Shown piece after piece: positions 1 to 13,707 of a DNA stretch of 64,000 nucleotides (positions are counted from its first letter, which is position 1; every line of letters starts with the position of its first letter). The position numbers and the translations under genes were made by a program. The notes under the pieces were generated by a model. That model ran no database searches, had not been told where the DNA came from, and worked only from the letters and a program-made list of their open reading frames with translations. Origin of the DNA: Lingula anatina (taxonomy: Eukaryota; Animalia; Brachiopoda); NCBI GenBank assembly GCA_051362555.1, contig CM120646.1:18166001-18230000 (forward strand), written 5' to 3'.

Positions 1-157
1 GGTTGAAATTACTTCATAAAGACTAATGGAGATAACGGTGGTTGAAAATACTTCATAAAGACTAATGGAGATAACGGTGGTTGAAAATACTTCATAAAGA
101 CTAATGGAGACAACGGTGGTTGAAAATACTACATAAAAACTAATGGAGTTAACGGTG
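1..157. repeat. 39-bp minisatellite, ~4 copies (may continue past the window edge)
   Basis: Unit GGTTGAAAATACTTCATAAAGACTAATGGAGATAACGGT starts at 1, 40, 79 and 118. Confidence 0.95.
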
Positions 158-264
158 TGGTGGCATGATATAATTTTTATTTTTTTCTGTACTTTTTTTA
201 CGGATATTCGATAACTGATCTTTTCCGCGCTGAATAAAAGTTTGTAAACTCATTTGTGTTTGTT

Positions 265-346
265 AGTATGTGTGTATATGTATGTATATGTGTGTATGTG
301 TGTAAATGTGTATGTGTGTATATGTGTATATGTGTATGTGTGTGTG
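265..346. repeat. Degenerate (TG/TA)n microsatellite
   Basis: Runs of tgtgtatatgtatgtatatgtgtg. Confidence 0.9.
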
Positions 347-983
347 ACTCGTTTATAAAATAGGTAATTAAGTGAATTGGAAGGGATGAAAAACAGCTAC
401 CAGTTCATATGGTAAAAAGATTCCTTAATTGATCCGGGTCGCTGACATACAAATTTAAATAATTTAAATAATTTAGATAAGAAATTGTCCCTCGGGTATT
501 TAAATATTGGCGTTATATTTAATCTGTATTATTCAGGATAATCTGATAAAACCTGATTTTCTGTATGCATTGCATTCGTTATAACTACAGTTATCACTGC
601 TATCATATATCAGATAGAAGATCTTTTGAATATATAAATCTTAGGCATCTTAAAACGTCCAGTTATGTTATCTGCACCTCCCTAATTAATACATGCCGGA
701 TGCGATTTTGACATTATCAATTATTGTTCATGAGCTATAATTATAAGGGATTTTGTATCTTCGTAAGGGCAATTCTCCAGATCGCATTGCTTTACGACAA
801 TCTAACGTCCCAAACCAGATAATAATATAATTAAGAGCCGTCGCGCATATTCGTATCAAAATTACATGTAAGCAAATCTTCCCTGCAAATTTAAAAAGGC
901 TATGGATCTTCCATCGCTTGTAAGTGATATTTTGGTGATGATTGTGCTATTAATTTTAGACGTAACTTCATAATTTTACTTAC

Positions 984-1594
984 TCATAGGCGGGCATTTG
1001 GGCCCCAGCAACTTGCTCCTATGGCACTGTGCTATCTCACACGGGACACACGAAACGACGTCGCTATCGAATAGCGTGCCATCAGCGCACGTTTTCTCGT
1101 GGACTTGCACTTGGCCGTATTCGTCCATGTCGCACTGAAGGTAGCTCTTGCAGTCGTCCGGGTTCTCGTAGTAGCCCACCCCGTTCCTCTGCTCGATGCT
1201 GCTCCTGCAATAGGCTGGAAGAAGGAAACAATGCTCAGTTTGTATGACAGAAACCATAGACATTTCTTGAAATTCAAAGTCTGAATAATTTTTTTTCAAC
1301 TGACGCAGACCCTCTTCTTTAATTTCTGACGGCGCAAAAACATTGGATTTTTGGATAAGTAAATGTATGGAAATGTAATTACCTATTTTTTTATGTCTTC
1401 GCCCATACCTAGATATCCCTACGACTACCGCATATTACAATTTTATTTATCATTACCAATATTTCTAATCATCCATCAGATGAATGTTTTAAAGGAAATG
1501 CTATGTGCATTGAATACTTACCTAGATATTTGTCATACGCGCCATATTCAGCCTTGGCACTGGCCACTAGCGCAAAGAACAGGACGCCTAGCAT
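984..1594 (-). CDS. Secreted chitin-binding type-2 (peritrophin-A/CBM14) domain protein, first two coding exons; 3' end not seen in the window
   Basis: Exon 1594-1522 encodes MLGVLFFALVASAKAEYGAYDKYL (signal-peptide-like; ttttacag acceptor just upstream of the ATG, gtaagt donor, phase 1). Exon 1214-984 (cttccag acceptor, gtaagt donor, 231 nt, phase 1-1) encodes AYCRSSIEQRNGVGYYENPDDCKSYLQC...EKTCADGTLFDSDVVSCVPCEIAQC, which has the ChtBD2 Cys/aromatic pattern. The two exons join in frame. Confidence 0.88.
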
Positions 1595-3122
1595 GTTGAC
1601 TCTGTAAAATACAAAAAAAAAAGATAAATGAATAAATAAAAATAATAATAATAATAGAAGTTATGAAATAACTATTCGGTGTTTTCAATATCATTTTAAG
1701 TATGAAATACTAGTATTCTATCCTATTTTCCTACGGCTTATTTCTTGTTGTGATTTTTTAAAAATCTAATATTCATATATATCATTATATCATGTTTTAG
1801 TAAATCACCATTCAAATGATTCTTAGATCCATATCCAAATAAAAAACTAAATTGTTTAAAAATCAAATTCACTTAAAAAATCTTATACACCGAGAACCGG
1901 AATGGACCTCCCAACGAACGATTTGTTTACTATGAGTTCACGGATGCAGACGGATTAAACGGCGTTTAATCACAAGGCATCCCATATCTATAATATGTCA
2001 CCCTTTGTCATGGTAATTACTCTTTCGTCATCCATATATTAAAAAGTTCATCCATATTCAACAGGTATGTACTTCGTCCCAGTAAGCGATAAAACATCAG
2101 AAATCTATGCATTAATATTCATTTCAAATTATAGTCATTATAAGTGGTTTAATTTTAAGAGGATTATATAATTAGTTCGAGAACACCCCCCCCCCCTCCT
2201 CCCCCACACTACATTTTTGCTGTTAATTTTGGTTTTCCTAGGGATGGATCCTAGAATTGTAAACTGACTGCCAAAAAAATAATATAAACTTCTTTTTGTA
2301 AGACTACTCTGTGGTCAAGGGGGTTCAGAGAACGGGGTAGGGGTATAGGGTATAGAAAGCAGGACAAAAACTTTAAAATTATAAATAAAAAAATAAAAAA
2401 AAATAGATTTATCTAATTTTCAATTCCACCGTATTAGTTAAAGCATGACGGAAGCAGTGTTCGGGGAGTGAGAGGGGGGTTGTTTCCATGTAAACTTAAC
2501 GCTCGCTTTTTCGTGGTAGATCTAGAGATTGGATCAAAAACACACGAAGGTACATGTCGCATACATGTAGCTTAAAGTTCACGGCAAGGAGAGAATGGCA
2601 CCATTTGAATACAACATTTCAATACACCACAGATCATACTCCATAAATCATTAGATGGTGGGTCTAAATCATTTACAGAATACTATAAATAGGGAATAAA
2701 AAGATAAAGAAGCTATGTTACTGACATTTAGAAGATCCATAGCGTTTCTATATTCAAAATCTATTTCATATTGCAATTTTTATTTTAAATGTATGAAGAA
2801 ATAATTATATGTTTGTTAAACTTTAAGAATTTCTTGTTTTTAACTTTCCGTCAAGAATCGCACTCTCGTAATAGAAACCTTCAAGTTTGGCCGAACCTAT
2901 AAGATGCCAATTTTACTATCATACGAAACTAGAGGTGATACCTGTGAATAATTTAGAATAAATATCAAGAAAAACTTTGTTCAGTTATCAACTGTATCTA
3001 ATTTGTATGTAACTTTGCCAGTCTCATGTTACCAAGGCTAAACCAATGAAATTTGCGTGCGTTTAGTTAATTCTAAATAAAATACTTTCTATTGTAACGG
3101 TGACTTTGGCCGCATTCACACA

Positions 3123-3268
3123 TTCAGAACAGCGGACTAACTAGTCCACGGGTTAAATAAAAACTTCCCCAGGGGGAATCTATTCAATGTCTATTAGTGA
3201 ATTAGACGGCAAGCTTTTTCGTCGGTTGCCGCATTTGGCCCGTGGACTAGTTGGTCCGCTGTTCTGAA
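3123..3268. mobile_element. Small palindromic MITE-like element
   Basis: TTCAGAACAGCGGACTAACTAGTCCACGGG is a near-perfect inverted repeat of CCCGTGGACTAGTTGGTCCGCTGTTCTGAA. Confidence 0.75.
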
Positions 3269-4821
3269 AGCAGTTTTTTTAAGTATAGATCACAGGTATG
3301 ACTTACAGTAAAGACTTTTCAGATACCTGACTATATTATAAATGAAATTCAGCTGTTACTCACCCTATTAGGTCAGCGTACAATGTGTCGGCTCTGCTGA
3401 AAGTGGAGAATGTACCTCCAACGGCGAGCGGTCAGTATTTATACGACGCTCCGGTCAAGATGACCAACCGCAAGAAACAATCCACTGCAATATCTCAAAG
3501 ATTCATCAGCGACTGCGAGTGGCTATTTCTCCTGCGTCACGCTGTACTGGGTAATGAGATGGAATAGATAACCGAGGCCATTAACATTTTGATGACGATC
3601 TTAATTAATCCGACGGTGATAAACGAGAGATTTTCCCTCAACCCGCAACCAGGAGACAAATCGCAAAACACAGAGGATACCCTGAGAGATGGTTCTAGCA
3701 TAACGGTTATCATATTAAAATTTAAAAAATAAATAACTGAACTATGCAGCAAAGGGGCGGGATATTTAGCAAAATATGCAAGAAGTCCTTTGCATTTTTT
3801 TTTTTTTTTTTGCAAATTTAAGGAGAAATATTAGTCAGATAAAAGATACACCAAAGAAGTCACAGCACTGTATGTTTTAGGAAACTGGGATCCTTATTTT
3901 TGAAAGAGACGACAATTTTTTGAAATTTTTTTTTCACTGACTTTACTTTTCACTTATGCATTTATATTTCTAAAATGTACGTGGATCTAAACATCTTAAA
4001 TTGAAATGCGAAACCAATTAATTTTTATTGCTACAATTCAACAAAACTCTGACATATCTTTGTATCAACGCGGTTAGCACACATTTTTGACATTAGATTT
4101 TTATTTCATTATATATGCGATCATATTCTTCTGAAATAAAATACACAAAAAGGCTACCTCTTCTAAGAACAATGAATTTTGGAATCCCTCTAAAGTATAA
4201 TTGTTAAGTACAATCAAGATGCTGTCTCCCTCCATGACCGTCTTAAGAGGAAGTGTGGGGTCCACTAAATGACCTCACCTCCACTTTAATTTCCATTATG
4301 TTCATTGGAACACTCGCTTTGTTGTTCTCTATGTTTGTGACTGATACCTTGTGCAATGTCCGATGATTTTCTTGTTGTCCTTTTCCGGGTCAGGTTACTA
4401 TTACAATACATGTATGTGTATAATAAGCGGTAGGGGGAAGTCACGCTGAGCAGTCAACTCCTGCTGCTGTTTAAAACTAAGAAACCTCATCTACGGCTTA
4501 ACTTTCATCCTTACCGAAATCACCTGCTTTCTTTTCTTTTCTAGGAGGAAAATACTTGCTAACGATTTAAGCCATAAAATACTACATGTAGGCAGTTTGT
4601 GATTGTGTCATCCCTCCGCCCTCACAAAAGAAAGGTTTTTGTTGCGCTTCATGCATGGAGATTCTATCCCCGGCACAACAGTTTTTTTTCCTTGGATATT
4701 TTTTTACTGCCGAGGACTGAGCGTCAGAAGGCTATGGTTAGCGTAGTGTCTCCTAATCTTCAGTCTCATTAATGATTAAAAAAGCACAAGCTTGCATTTA
4801 TGTATGTTTGTTGACATTTAT

Positions 4822-4895
4822 TAATGAATGAATAAATGAATGAATGAATGAATGGATGAATGAATCGATGGATGGATGGATGAATGAATGAATCT
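4822..4895. repeat. (ATGA)n/(ATGG)n microsatellite
   Basis: Direct tetranucleotide repeats. Confidence 0.9.
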
Positions 4896-5560
4896 ATCAA
4901 CCAATGAATCTATGTGTATACAGGTGATGGATGCATGGACAGAACGGAATGTACTTAAACGTAAAACCAAACGCGCGTTCCACTTCCTAGACACTTTTAG
5001 CACACAAGTAGCGCGCAGAATTTAATTAAGAAAATCCGACACAGAGGAGTTACTTCCTTTAGCAGGCCGTTTAAGATATAAATCGCCATTTGCCCATTTT
5101 GCGTGTAGGTACATATTAGAAATAGTTAACGACACGGTATTAATGCCCATGAGGATTCTGTTTGGGTCTGTTGTGAATAAAAACCAGTCTGTCAAACGAG
5201 GAAGTCTACGTCATTTGACTGTATTTTATCATAGGGATGATTGTGGAGTTACATTCGTCTGTGTCACTCCTTATGAGTAGGTCCCTAGCACACTGTTGAG
5301 GCAGGACCCTCTACACGGAGATGGGCATGGGGCCATAGGGTTCAAATAGCACCACTTCACCCTGACAGAGCCGGTCGAAGAGTTTCAAGCATTCCTCTAC
5401 GCAAAAAAGGAATGGACGTTCAATCTCAATTCAGGCAGTAGTCACACCGTTTGTCGCTCCTGATGGCGTATGAGTGCGCTCCAAGGTGTAATAGAGGGGG
5501 AACCTCCGGGTATATTACCCCTGGGTACTATCTGACCACAGGGAGCGCTATAGTAGTCTC

Positions 5561-5770
5561 TTAGAGACCATTCCCACAGATATTTAGATCGATCTATCCC
5601 CCTGGGGAGTCTCACTGGATTGCTGTCAGCTTAATCGGCTTAAATGCCTGTCCCGCCTACTAAAAGCTGTAAGGGGGTAATAAACTGAAGCTGACAGCAA
5701 TTTAGCGTGAACCCAAGGGAATTAGGTCGATCCAGATGGATCGATCTAAATCTGTGAGAACCCAGTCTTA
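5561..5770. mobile_element. MITE-like interspersed repeat, copy 1 of 2
   Basis: Imperfect terminal inverted repeats built on TTTAGATCGATCTA / GATCGATCTAAA. The internal sequence (gtcccgcctacta.aagctgtaagggggtaat...gctgacagc.atttagcgtgaaccc) recurs at ~56200-56398. Confidence 0.75.
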
Positions 5771-7579
5771 TAAAAATGTTGAAAGTTTGTGATTTTGTGC
5801 AGTATTTTAATGGGGGCCTGATATCAGATGGTAGCCACTGGGAAGCCGCTCTGCTATCACCAGGGCAGCCAAATCCGTTCTCATTTAACGATGGCTTTTT
5901 TCACATCGAGTTGTCAAAGTGAACCGGTACATTTATACGTGGAAAAAAGGCCTGCCATACCAGCCGGGTCGGTTAGGTTATCGCATCCAAATACATAAAT
6001 GTGGTAAATAAACTTTCTTCACCTTTGGAATAAATGTAACATGGTCCATAGGAGCCTACGCGTGCGTCTTTTGGACGCCCCTTTACATGCGAAAACGACA
6101 TGCACCGTGTCTATTTCGTATGTTATTAAGCCCGTATGTTATTATTAGCAGCGGAATTGACAAGGCCTATGCTGCGTTCGTCTTTTACTACAGAGCTTTG
6201 AGACCCGAAAATGACATGGTTGAGTCTGTTTCGCCACTTACTGAACTGCATAGATGCGAGATTGACACGACCCATGTCGCGTTCGTCTTTTACCGTGAGT
6301 TTCATAGTAGCTGTCTTATTCTTCATTTTAATCACTATTTTTTGACATTATATCTATTTATTTTAATAATTATCTTTTTCAAATTTAATGTGATCTTATC
6401 ATGTAAACCTTCTAAAATGTCCATGAAACCCAGTGGCGGATTTTTGGTGGGTTAGGGGGGGTCTTGACCCCCACCCCTTTCGATTCCTGAAAATAAAATC
6501 ACACCAATTGTGCCCTCTTGAAATTAGAATTTTGGCTAGCTGAATCATAGAGCCAAATGGCACCTTTCGCCATAAAAAAAATAATTTTTCTGTGCTGTAG
6601 GGCCCCGCACTCCACGCCAAGGGGGGGGGGGGGGGGGGGGGGGGGGCGGCCTTGCATCCGCACCCCCCCCCCCCCCACAAATAATCCTGGATCTTCCCCT
6701 GACACCTGTGCCTTGGCAGTCTCAAAATGTATCTCTATCTCGACCATACCCATGCTGTTTCCAGCAACAGAGATCACGTTTGTTGGAGGTATATTATTAG
6801 TAATGTTCAGTGTCTATGCTGAAACTGAGGATCTTACTGACGCGATGGAAGACCATGTGAAGTCCTAAACGTCGTGACTCAACCTCCGTGCTAAACCTGT
6901 AGTTCTCAGACGGCTCTCTAAGACCTAGTTACGCAATAAATACTGCTTTTATGGAAGAAACTTTTTAATTCAAGGTATGTACTTCTTGTTGCTTTACATG
7001 GTTTGATGATGGTATAAACAGAGAGAGAGAGGGAGAGAGAGAATTATGGCTTCCTCGAAGGGAAACGAAGGCAATTGGGTCATGGCAAATGTCATGTTTT
7101 TACTAAAAAATTAACTTTGTATTAGTCGTTTAATCAATCATATTTACCTCACTATTCAAAGACCATGTCTATATATAGGAATGGGATCAAAATCACACCA
7201 GCGGAAAAGAGAGCGACTCTTATCTTGGCTGTGTTATGACTGTGTTGCCAACGGTAAAAGATTACAGTGAGTTTACTTTGATACGGTATCACAGAAACTT
7301 GTCCGACTGGTATCTCTGTGTTCTAGATAGCTCAGGAGATCCAGCTGGGAAATATATATCAGTTTATCTAAAAAACCCCTCCGTTCAAATGTTAATATAT
7401 ATGCCACTGTCAGGAAGCATAGCGTGGTTATGCAATTACAAAATACAGGAGGAGAGAAACTCTACTTTTCATTCATATTTCGTCATATTCTGACATTTTT
7501 TTGTTTGTGATAAATTCAACTCAGGAGTTCACCATTTATACTTGAAACTGAATGGAGCGATTCGTTGATGTCGTCTGCT

Positions 7580-9001
7580 CTACACACCCACTGTGTCCAG
7601 CTCACGTGACATTTGGCAGGCGACACATGGTAGGCACCAAGTGGTGGCGCAGATATCGCCGCAGATGGACCCCTGAAAAATATTTACAAACTTTTATTTT
7701 ACAGAGAAATTCCGTCGTTATACTATCTTATATCAATGTACAAGATGGACTTTTCAGCAAAAGGGACCTTCCTTTTTTGTTTGCATTCGCAATCAGCATA
7801 GTATGTCCCACAAAACATTTAAGGCGCAGCGATTTAAAGAATGCTTATGGAGAAAACGTAGAAATAATAAAGTTTTCCTCTGCCCCCCTTTCTCTTTCTC
7901 TCTCAAATAAAAATAATAATTCCTCAAAACCCATTACTATCACACAGATACACAGCTGTACATACTCAAATACCACTAAACATTGGGAAGTAGTCTCCTG
8001 CGATTTATGCCTGTGCCAGCTTTACTTGACTATTAAGCGGGAGAACACCAATCGGCAAGCATCGGATAATTCCGTAGCTTTACCGGAAAAGACGCGGTAT
8101 CACCCGAGGCTTTCCGAATGAGACGAAGGCGTACCTGGATTCCATACATGGTCCTCAGTTTGAGCCTCAGCATTGCCACGCCCATCTGACCATAGAAATA
8201 CGGTATGCAGCAAGTCTCGCGTAAACGAGCAGCAAGAGTGCATAACAAACTCATTATACAAAACGTCGCCCAGATACCTAAGACAAATGTAAAAGAGTGA
8301 CTGAAATTAACATTACAACCAATTATATTCATCACAGTGTTGAAAAATGAACTAAATACTCGTTTTCTCGCAGGTTGTCTATGTCGCCGCGAGGGGATCT
8401 TTAGTGGGAGGGGTCAATAGAGGATGTGAATTCTTTCCACGCTTCCGTGGCCCTCCTTGTGTTTAATCCATAAGTGTGTGAAAATATATATTTGTTTAGA
8501 GTCTAAAATGCACAAAATGTTCAATAAACTTCACAGCTTAAAAAGATGAGGAGAGTAAGATGCATATTAATAAGAATGATTAAGATATTAAATGAATTTT
8601 CAATACATAAATCGATTGCATTTTTTCATAAATGATCGGATTATTTGAGCGTATCCTTTAATTCTGGTCATCATCCTGATATTTATATATTCAGAACTGT
8701 CACTCAGTGGCGCTAATTATTATATTTATTCCTTCTTATAATTGAAGATACTGGACTTTGAAAAATCAAAAATAGCCAAATTTTCTTTTTTAATCAACAG
8801 TTGTAATATTTCAGTTAGTCATTACTTATTCGGTCTTGAATTAAATACCCTTTTCAACTTAACACTAGCTATAAACCAATACTCACAGCTACCGCAGTCC
8901 TCGAAGCATCCGCAGAGTCCTGAAGACCATGGCCGGACATTCTGAGGGATCTGGACAGGTTCTTCTCGCTGAATCATTACTACGGTCGCGGGGGCTTCCA
9001 T
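7580..9001 (-). CDS. PLAC8/cornifelin-family cysteine-rich protein, copy A (116 aa)
   Basis: Exons 9001-8887, 8277-8135 and 7672-7580 (phases 1, 0; all GT-AG). Protein MEAPATVVMIQREEPVQIPQNVRPWSSGLCGCFEDCGSC|IWATFCIMSLLCTLAARLRETCCIPYFYGQMGVAMLRLKLRTMYGIQ|GSICGDICATTWCLPCVACQMSRELDTVGV* carries the PLAC8 hallmarks WSSGLCGCFED, R..YGI.GS.C.D and C.PC..CQ..RE. Confidence 0.93.
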
Positions 9002-11519
9002 GCTGGAAAAAATAAGTGTTAAATAAAACCTAACTTGAAATATTTCTCATATAAATCACTTGCTATGAATATTGTATTTAAGCTGAGTTAAAGATTTCGT
9101 ACTTTAGTCAGTCGAAGATGAGCTCTGCACTGATTTCAGCCGGAATAACAACGAATTTCGATGCTTTATAAAACCATTCAGTCATATAAAGTATGTAGTG
9201 CCAACACTCTGGAAAACGCAACGTACATTGACAAAAATAGACCAAAGTTCTCCTTACTTATAAAAAAACTGTTACTTATGTAAGAGCAAAGTCTTACAAA
9301 CAATACACACACGAAGACGATGAAAATGTATGAAAAACCACCTGTTTCTTTGTTGGTCCGACTGTGCTTCCTTTCCGTTGACTACACACTGCTTCCCTAC
9401 ATCCTGTTTCTTCGTTGGGAAGATAAATATTTGTCTTTGACTTCAGATTCAGTTTTCTTATCTTCTTTGTGCAACATTACATGGGATGCACTTTAGGTTC
9501 TATTTTTTTAAGGTTAATATGCCGGAGCATCCTTATCACCTAAAGTGACACGCTGGGGAAAATGTAAATCGTGTGTGCGTTTGCTTGTGCACATGATATT
9601 GCGCACGTGGGGAGGAGGCGGGAATAAATCATTTTTCCCGTCTGAAGGATACCACGAGTATGCTAATCATTTTAGATAATGTGTGTTTCTTTGATGATAG
9701 GACAGTTCGGCAAATTAAAAAAAAAATATGATTAAAATAAAAAGTTCATTCAAAGGTTTGCCTATGACCTGACATTAATGATACATTTTTCCCAGTATAC
9801 TGGCTCGAAATGTTTTTTGTAAAACCGGGGCCAGTTCGGACAGCCCGGTAGAACTTGGACGACGATGCTTAATACAAACTCGGTCACGATCAAAATGTCC
9901 AACTTATATCAAAGTGTTCGGTAAAACAGAAAGTGTTGTAAAGACACATTTGATAGTGATGTGCGTTAGTGATGCTACAGAGTTCCATGAGTGCGTTTTG
10001 TCGCAACCGTCACAATTCGAATTTCTTATCTCATCTCGGGCTAAACAACTCCCAGCTTGAACAATACATGAACTACTTTCCTGAAATCACGTACTGATCA
10101 GGGTTACTCTTTCGTCAAGCCAAAACAAAACCTGTTTTTGCGGGTCTCATATTTCGCCGTTCCTGTTCGAGGTAAGCCTCATATATTGGGATTCCGATCA
10201 CTTCACAAAAAGCTGATCTCTGAGGCCCCGTCAGCGACACACACATTTTGTGTAACGTCTGCCTAATTATATAATTTTAAAAACTCCTGGTGATTTAAAG
10301 TGAAAACTATTCAAATCTGTATCATGCATAATTTTTGTATCGAAAACTTTTTAGCTTTTATTCCTATTGGAAATCTCGGCTACAGTTTCTTATATCATAC
10401 GCATTTTTTTCATGTTTCCTGTGGGGCTTTAGTAATATTTCAGTACGTCCATATCAACACCTCCTAGATACTAGTAGGGCCTACTATACCGCCCAACTGA
10501 TATAGATACAAACACAGCCCTTATCATGCGTCATGAGTTCTGGTGACATAACAATATGTTACTTATTATCCCTTATGCTGAAAACGCATTCGCCCTTTCA
10601 CAAAGTCGACCTATATTCTGTATGCGTATTTGAACAAACCTCAAATCATGTTTCCAACCGAATACTCATATACATTTTACTTTTGCTTTGTAGCTGTACA
10701 TATACATGTATATAAGACTTGGTCTTCATCTCGGATATTAGCACTCATTTTAAGTCATCAAATGGAAATGTGATCAAATTCACCAATTAAAATCTTGAAG
10801 CCTTGCTCAAATTTAATCAAATATACTATCAGTAAATAGCCCCTGTTTATCTCTCTTCCAAACTTCGGTTGGCTTGGGTCCACGATTATTTTAAAGAACC
10901 ATATTGAAACCTAATAGAAAAAAATGCGCGTAACAATATAAACGTTCCCGTTGCTAGGCATTGTCTAGACTCAGCTCTGTCGCTTTTGTCAAAATATAGA
11001 CAAGTGCCACTGATAGAAAGGCGTCAGGTGACTAAAAAAGAGTCTTGTTTTGATATCGAATGGTAAACCGCATTTGATGTGCACGTACTAAAGCAAGGCC
11101 GGTTACGTGTCAGTTGGTTTACTCACCACCCTGGTACCTGTAGGTGTAAATAATTAGACGCAGGCTATGCGGACGTGTTTGAACATATAAATAAATGATA
11201 CTATGAAAAACAGCAGTAAAAATTAAATTGTGTATTGAATCATTTGAAGATAGAAAATAGAAATTCACTGAAAATATATATCATTTCTAGTCCTAACAGT
11301 TTTTAAGAAATCTAAGTAATTCTTGAGGAAATACAGGTAAAAAAATTAAATCATATAATGTTCATATCAAATCAATAGCACAGTAAGCGTTATCATAATC
11401 ACTGCTGCAGTTATATTTCTGGAATGTCGTTAGGTATCAACAAATGTGATACTGGTCGGAATGTTTGAAATTTTAATGATGGTGTTTCGCTGAATCTGTT
11501 TTCATTGGCTGTCGTCTGC

Positions 11520-13521
11520 TTACAAGCCCATTGCATCCAGCTCACGTGACATTTGGCAAGCCACGCAAGGTCCACACCAACAGGTGGCGCAGATGTCACC
11601 ACAAATGGAACCCTGGAATTGAGAGCAATAATTTCGCCAAATAAGAACTGTAGTGGCGAAATAAATGTGACTGTAAAGATTAACATTTTCTCATGCACAT
11701 AGCCATATCATGATAAAATGTCATAGAATTATTTTAAACAGTCAGACAATTATTTGTAAAGATGTTCAAATGCATCCCCGCCTTTGAGAAAAATTCTATA
11801 TTGAAATATCCAATTAAATTCTTAACCCTACCACTAGGACTATAACCCATACTCAAAGTAAAGAAAACATGATTTTACTGTAATTGTCCTCATCCTGGCA
11901 ATAAACAAGAGGGCACCGTTAGCTAAACTCGTCTAATTCCGTACCTCCATCGTCAGAAGCAAGGGCGGATCCAGAGATATTTTCTAACAGTCTTCCAAAT
12001 TATCTTTGTTAATTTGTCCTCAATTTTTGACCGTCTTCCGACAGAAAATATAAGATACCCGTCAATGTAAACTTAAAAATCTGACCGTCTTCCGGAAGAC
12101 CCAGAAGACGGCCTAAATCCGCCCCTGAGTCTGAAGTCAGTTGAAGTATTCTAGATTTCAAACGACCACCCACCTGTATCCCATACATGGTTCTCAGCTT
12201 GACTCGCATGGCTGCCACGCCCATCTGCCCATAGCAGTAAGGCACGCAGCAAGTCTCGTTCAGCCTTGAGGCCAGTTGACACAGCATGCACGGCAGGCAG
12301 AACATGGCGCAAATACCTGATGAGGGAAAAATGACAACCTTGATTTTTGGTGCGAAAATTGTTAATTCACAACAGAGAATACGATTCAATGTCGGATTTT
12401 CAGTGCGTGGGTTTGTATGTGTTTACAGTGAACGTGTTTACATGCAAGTTAGGTGGATCAAGATTGAGCCGACTCTTTCCTAATCCCATCTGATTAATTT
12501 TAGCTCAGAGCCTCGTAGTCTCTCCTCTGACTCCAACACATAAACCAAGAAATTGTGTTTCCTGTGAAGCTTTTTTTATCCAGGCTCCAATGGGGTCTCA
12601 AAACAAAGTGACCTCGCTGGACACCTTGGCACCCTTGGACAACTTAATATAGGCTACAAATATACAGTCGTTAGTACTAGTAAAATACAGACCAGAGTAA
12701 AATAATAAAAGTCCTTGATCTCGAACCGTCCCACTGTTTTAGTTCAAGTGGGCAACTGTGTGAAACTTGTAATTGTTTTGGTGCCATTTTAGAGACATGT
12801 AGCTTTTTGTTCTTTCCCTATTATAGCTCCCTGTGCTCTAGAAAAATGCAAACAGGGTTCTTATCGCTAGTGCAGCCGTTTTGGGACCGTTTGAAGAAAC
12901 ACTGGCTTAACTCACAAGAGTACTACACGTCCGAGCCCAGATGATAATCCCTTCATCAAACATGCTTTAGTGTTCAGAACAGTTTACAATTGTGTACAAG
13001 AGTAGATAACTTTGATACATACTGTCCAAAGAGTTAGAATCCTACCGGATTGGCACTGGCATTGGAAGGGACGATCTTATGGAAAGAGCCCTAGTCTAAT
13101 TTCGAAAAAAAACTTTTTCTTTGTCTTTCTCAACGAATTAAGCCAGGCTTTACAAAGCCGGTGACCTAAAAATGGCGGACGTACATGAAAGAAAAACCGC
13201 CTAATCTTTTAATAGTCTCAGGGTAACGTCATGGTAACGTTATGGTTACGTTATAAAACGTTTTTTGTTTGGTGGATCCTGCCTTTGATCATATCCTCAT
13301 ATCCGGGTGAGGCATTGCATCACGGAGCAATAGAAAAACACTGGTTGCCTATTTTTCCACCCCCTCCTACCCCCCCCCCCCCCAAAAAAAAAGCAAGAAA
13401 GAAAGAAAGTCATCAAGCCCTACCATGACTCCTATAGTTCAATCGTGGACCCTATGACAAGAGGAGGGTAACCGTCAGTACCATAAAACACCGGGTTCTG
13501 TTTACCCATGGCCACTCTCAA

Positions 13522-13568
<47 letters not shown>

Positions 13569-13707
13569 ACAGAAAGCAACAACCGTGCAAATACTCACAG
13601 CTGCCGCAGTCCTCAAAGCATCCGCAAAGTCCTGAAGACCATGGCCGGACGTTCTGAGGGATCTGGATGGAACCTCCTGGCTGTATCGTGACTACTGGGG
13701 CGGCCAT
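11520..13707 (-). CDS. PLAC8/cornifelin-family cysteine-rich protein, copy B (114 aa)
   Basis: Exons 13707-13599, 12316-12174 and 11612-11520, with the same phases and the same exon 2/3 lengths (143, 93) as copy A. Protein MAAPVVTIQPGGSIQIPQNVRPWSSGLCGCFEDCGSC|ICAMFCLPCMLCQLASRLNETCCVPYCYGQMGVAAMRVKLRTMYGIQ|GSICGDICATCWCGPCVACQMSRELDAMGL*. Confidence 0.94.
11960..12127. mobile_element. Short MITE with AGGGCGGATCCAG / AAATCCGCCCCTG termini (hAT-like termini) in a PLAC8-B intron
   Basis: Imperfect terminal inverted repeats. A related 5' half (caggggcggatccagagata...ttttctgacagtcttcca) sits at ~13757-13801. Confidence 0.6.
13519..13569. repeat. (TAAA)n microsatellite
   Basis: About 12 perfect TAAA units. 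Confidence 0.95.

Noticed and set aside
1-157. 39-bp (13-codon) repeat as a coding exon of the chitin-binding gene
   Set aside because: Two minus-strand frames are open, but there is no polypyrimidine-AG acceptor upstream and the peptide is not mucin-like; treated as a non-coding minisatellite.
2551-2570. Frequent TACATGTA/ACATGT palindromes across the window
   Set aside because: Scattered without spacing or positional pattern; appears to be a genome-wide compositional motif rather than a local system.
6399-6868. Poly-Gly/poly-Pro ORFs, and a possible Penelope GIY-YIG/hammerhead remnant at ~6700-6900
   Set aside because: The ORFs arise from G/C homopolymers. The Penelope resemblance (QRSRLLEVYY; gaagacc...aaacgtcg) is too degenerate and lacks an intact CTGAnGA/GAAA core.
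7552-8121. 189-aa plus-strand ORF
   Set aside because: Antisense to PLAC8-A exon 3 and its intron, with no recognisable motif. The same applies to the plus-strand ORFs overlapping the CTHRC1-like exons.
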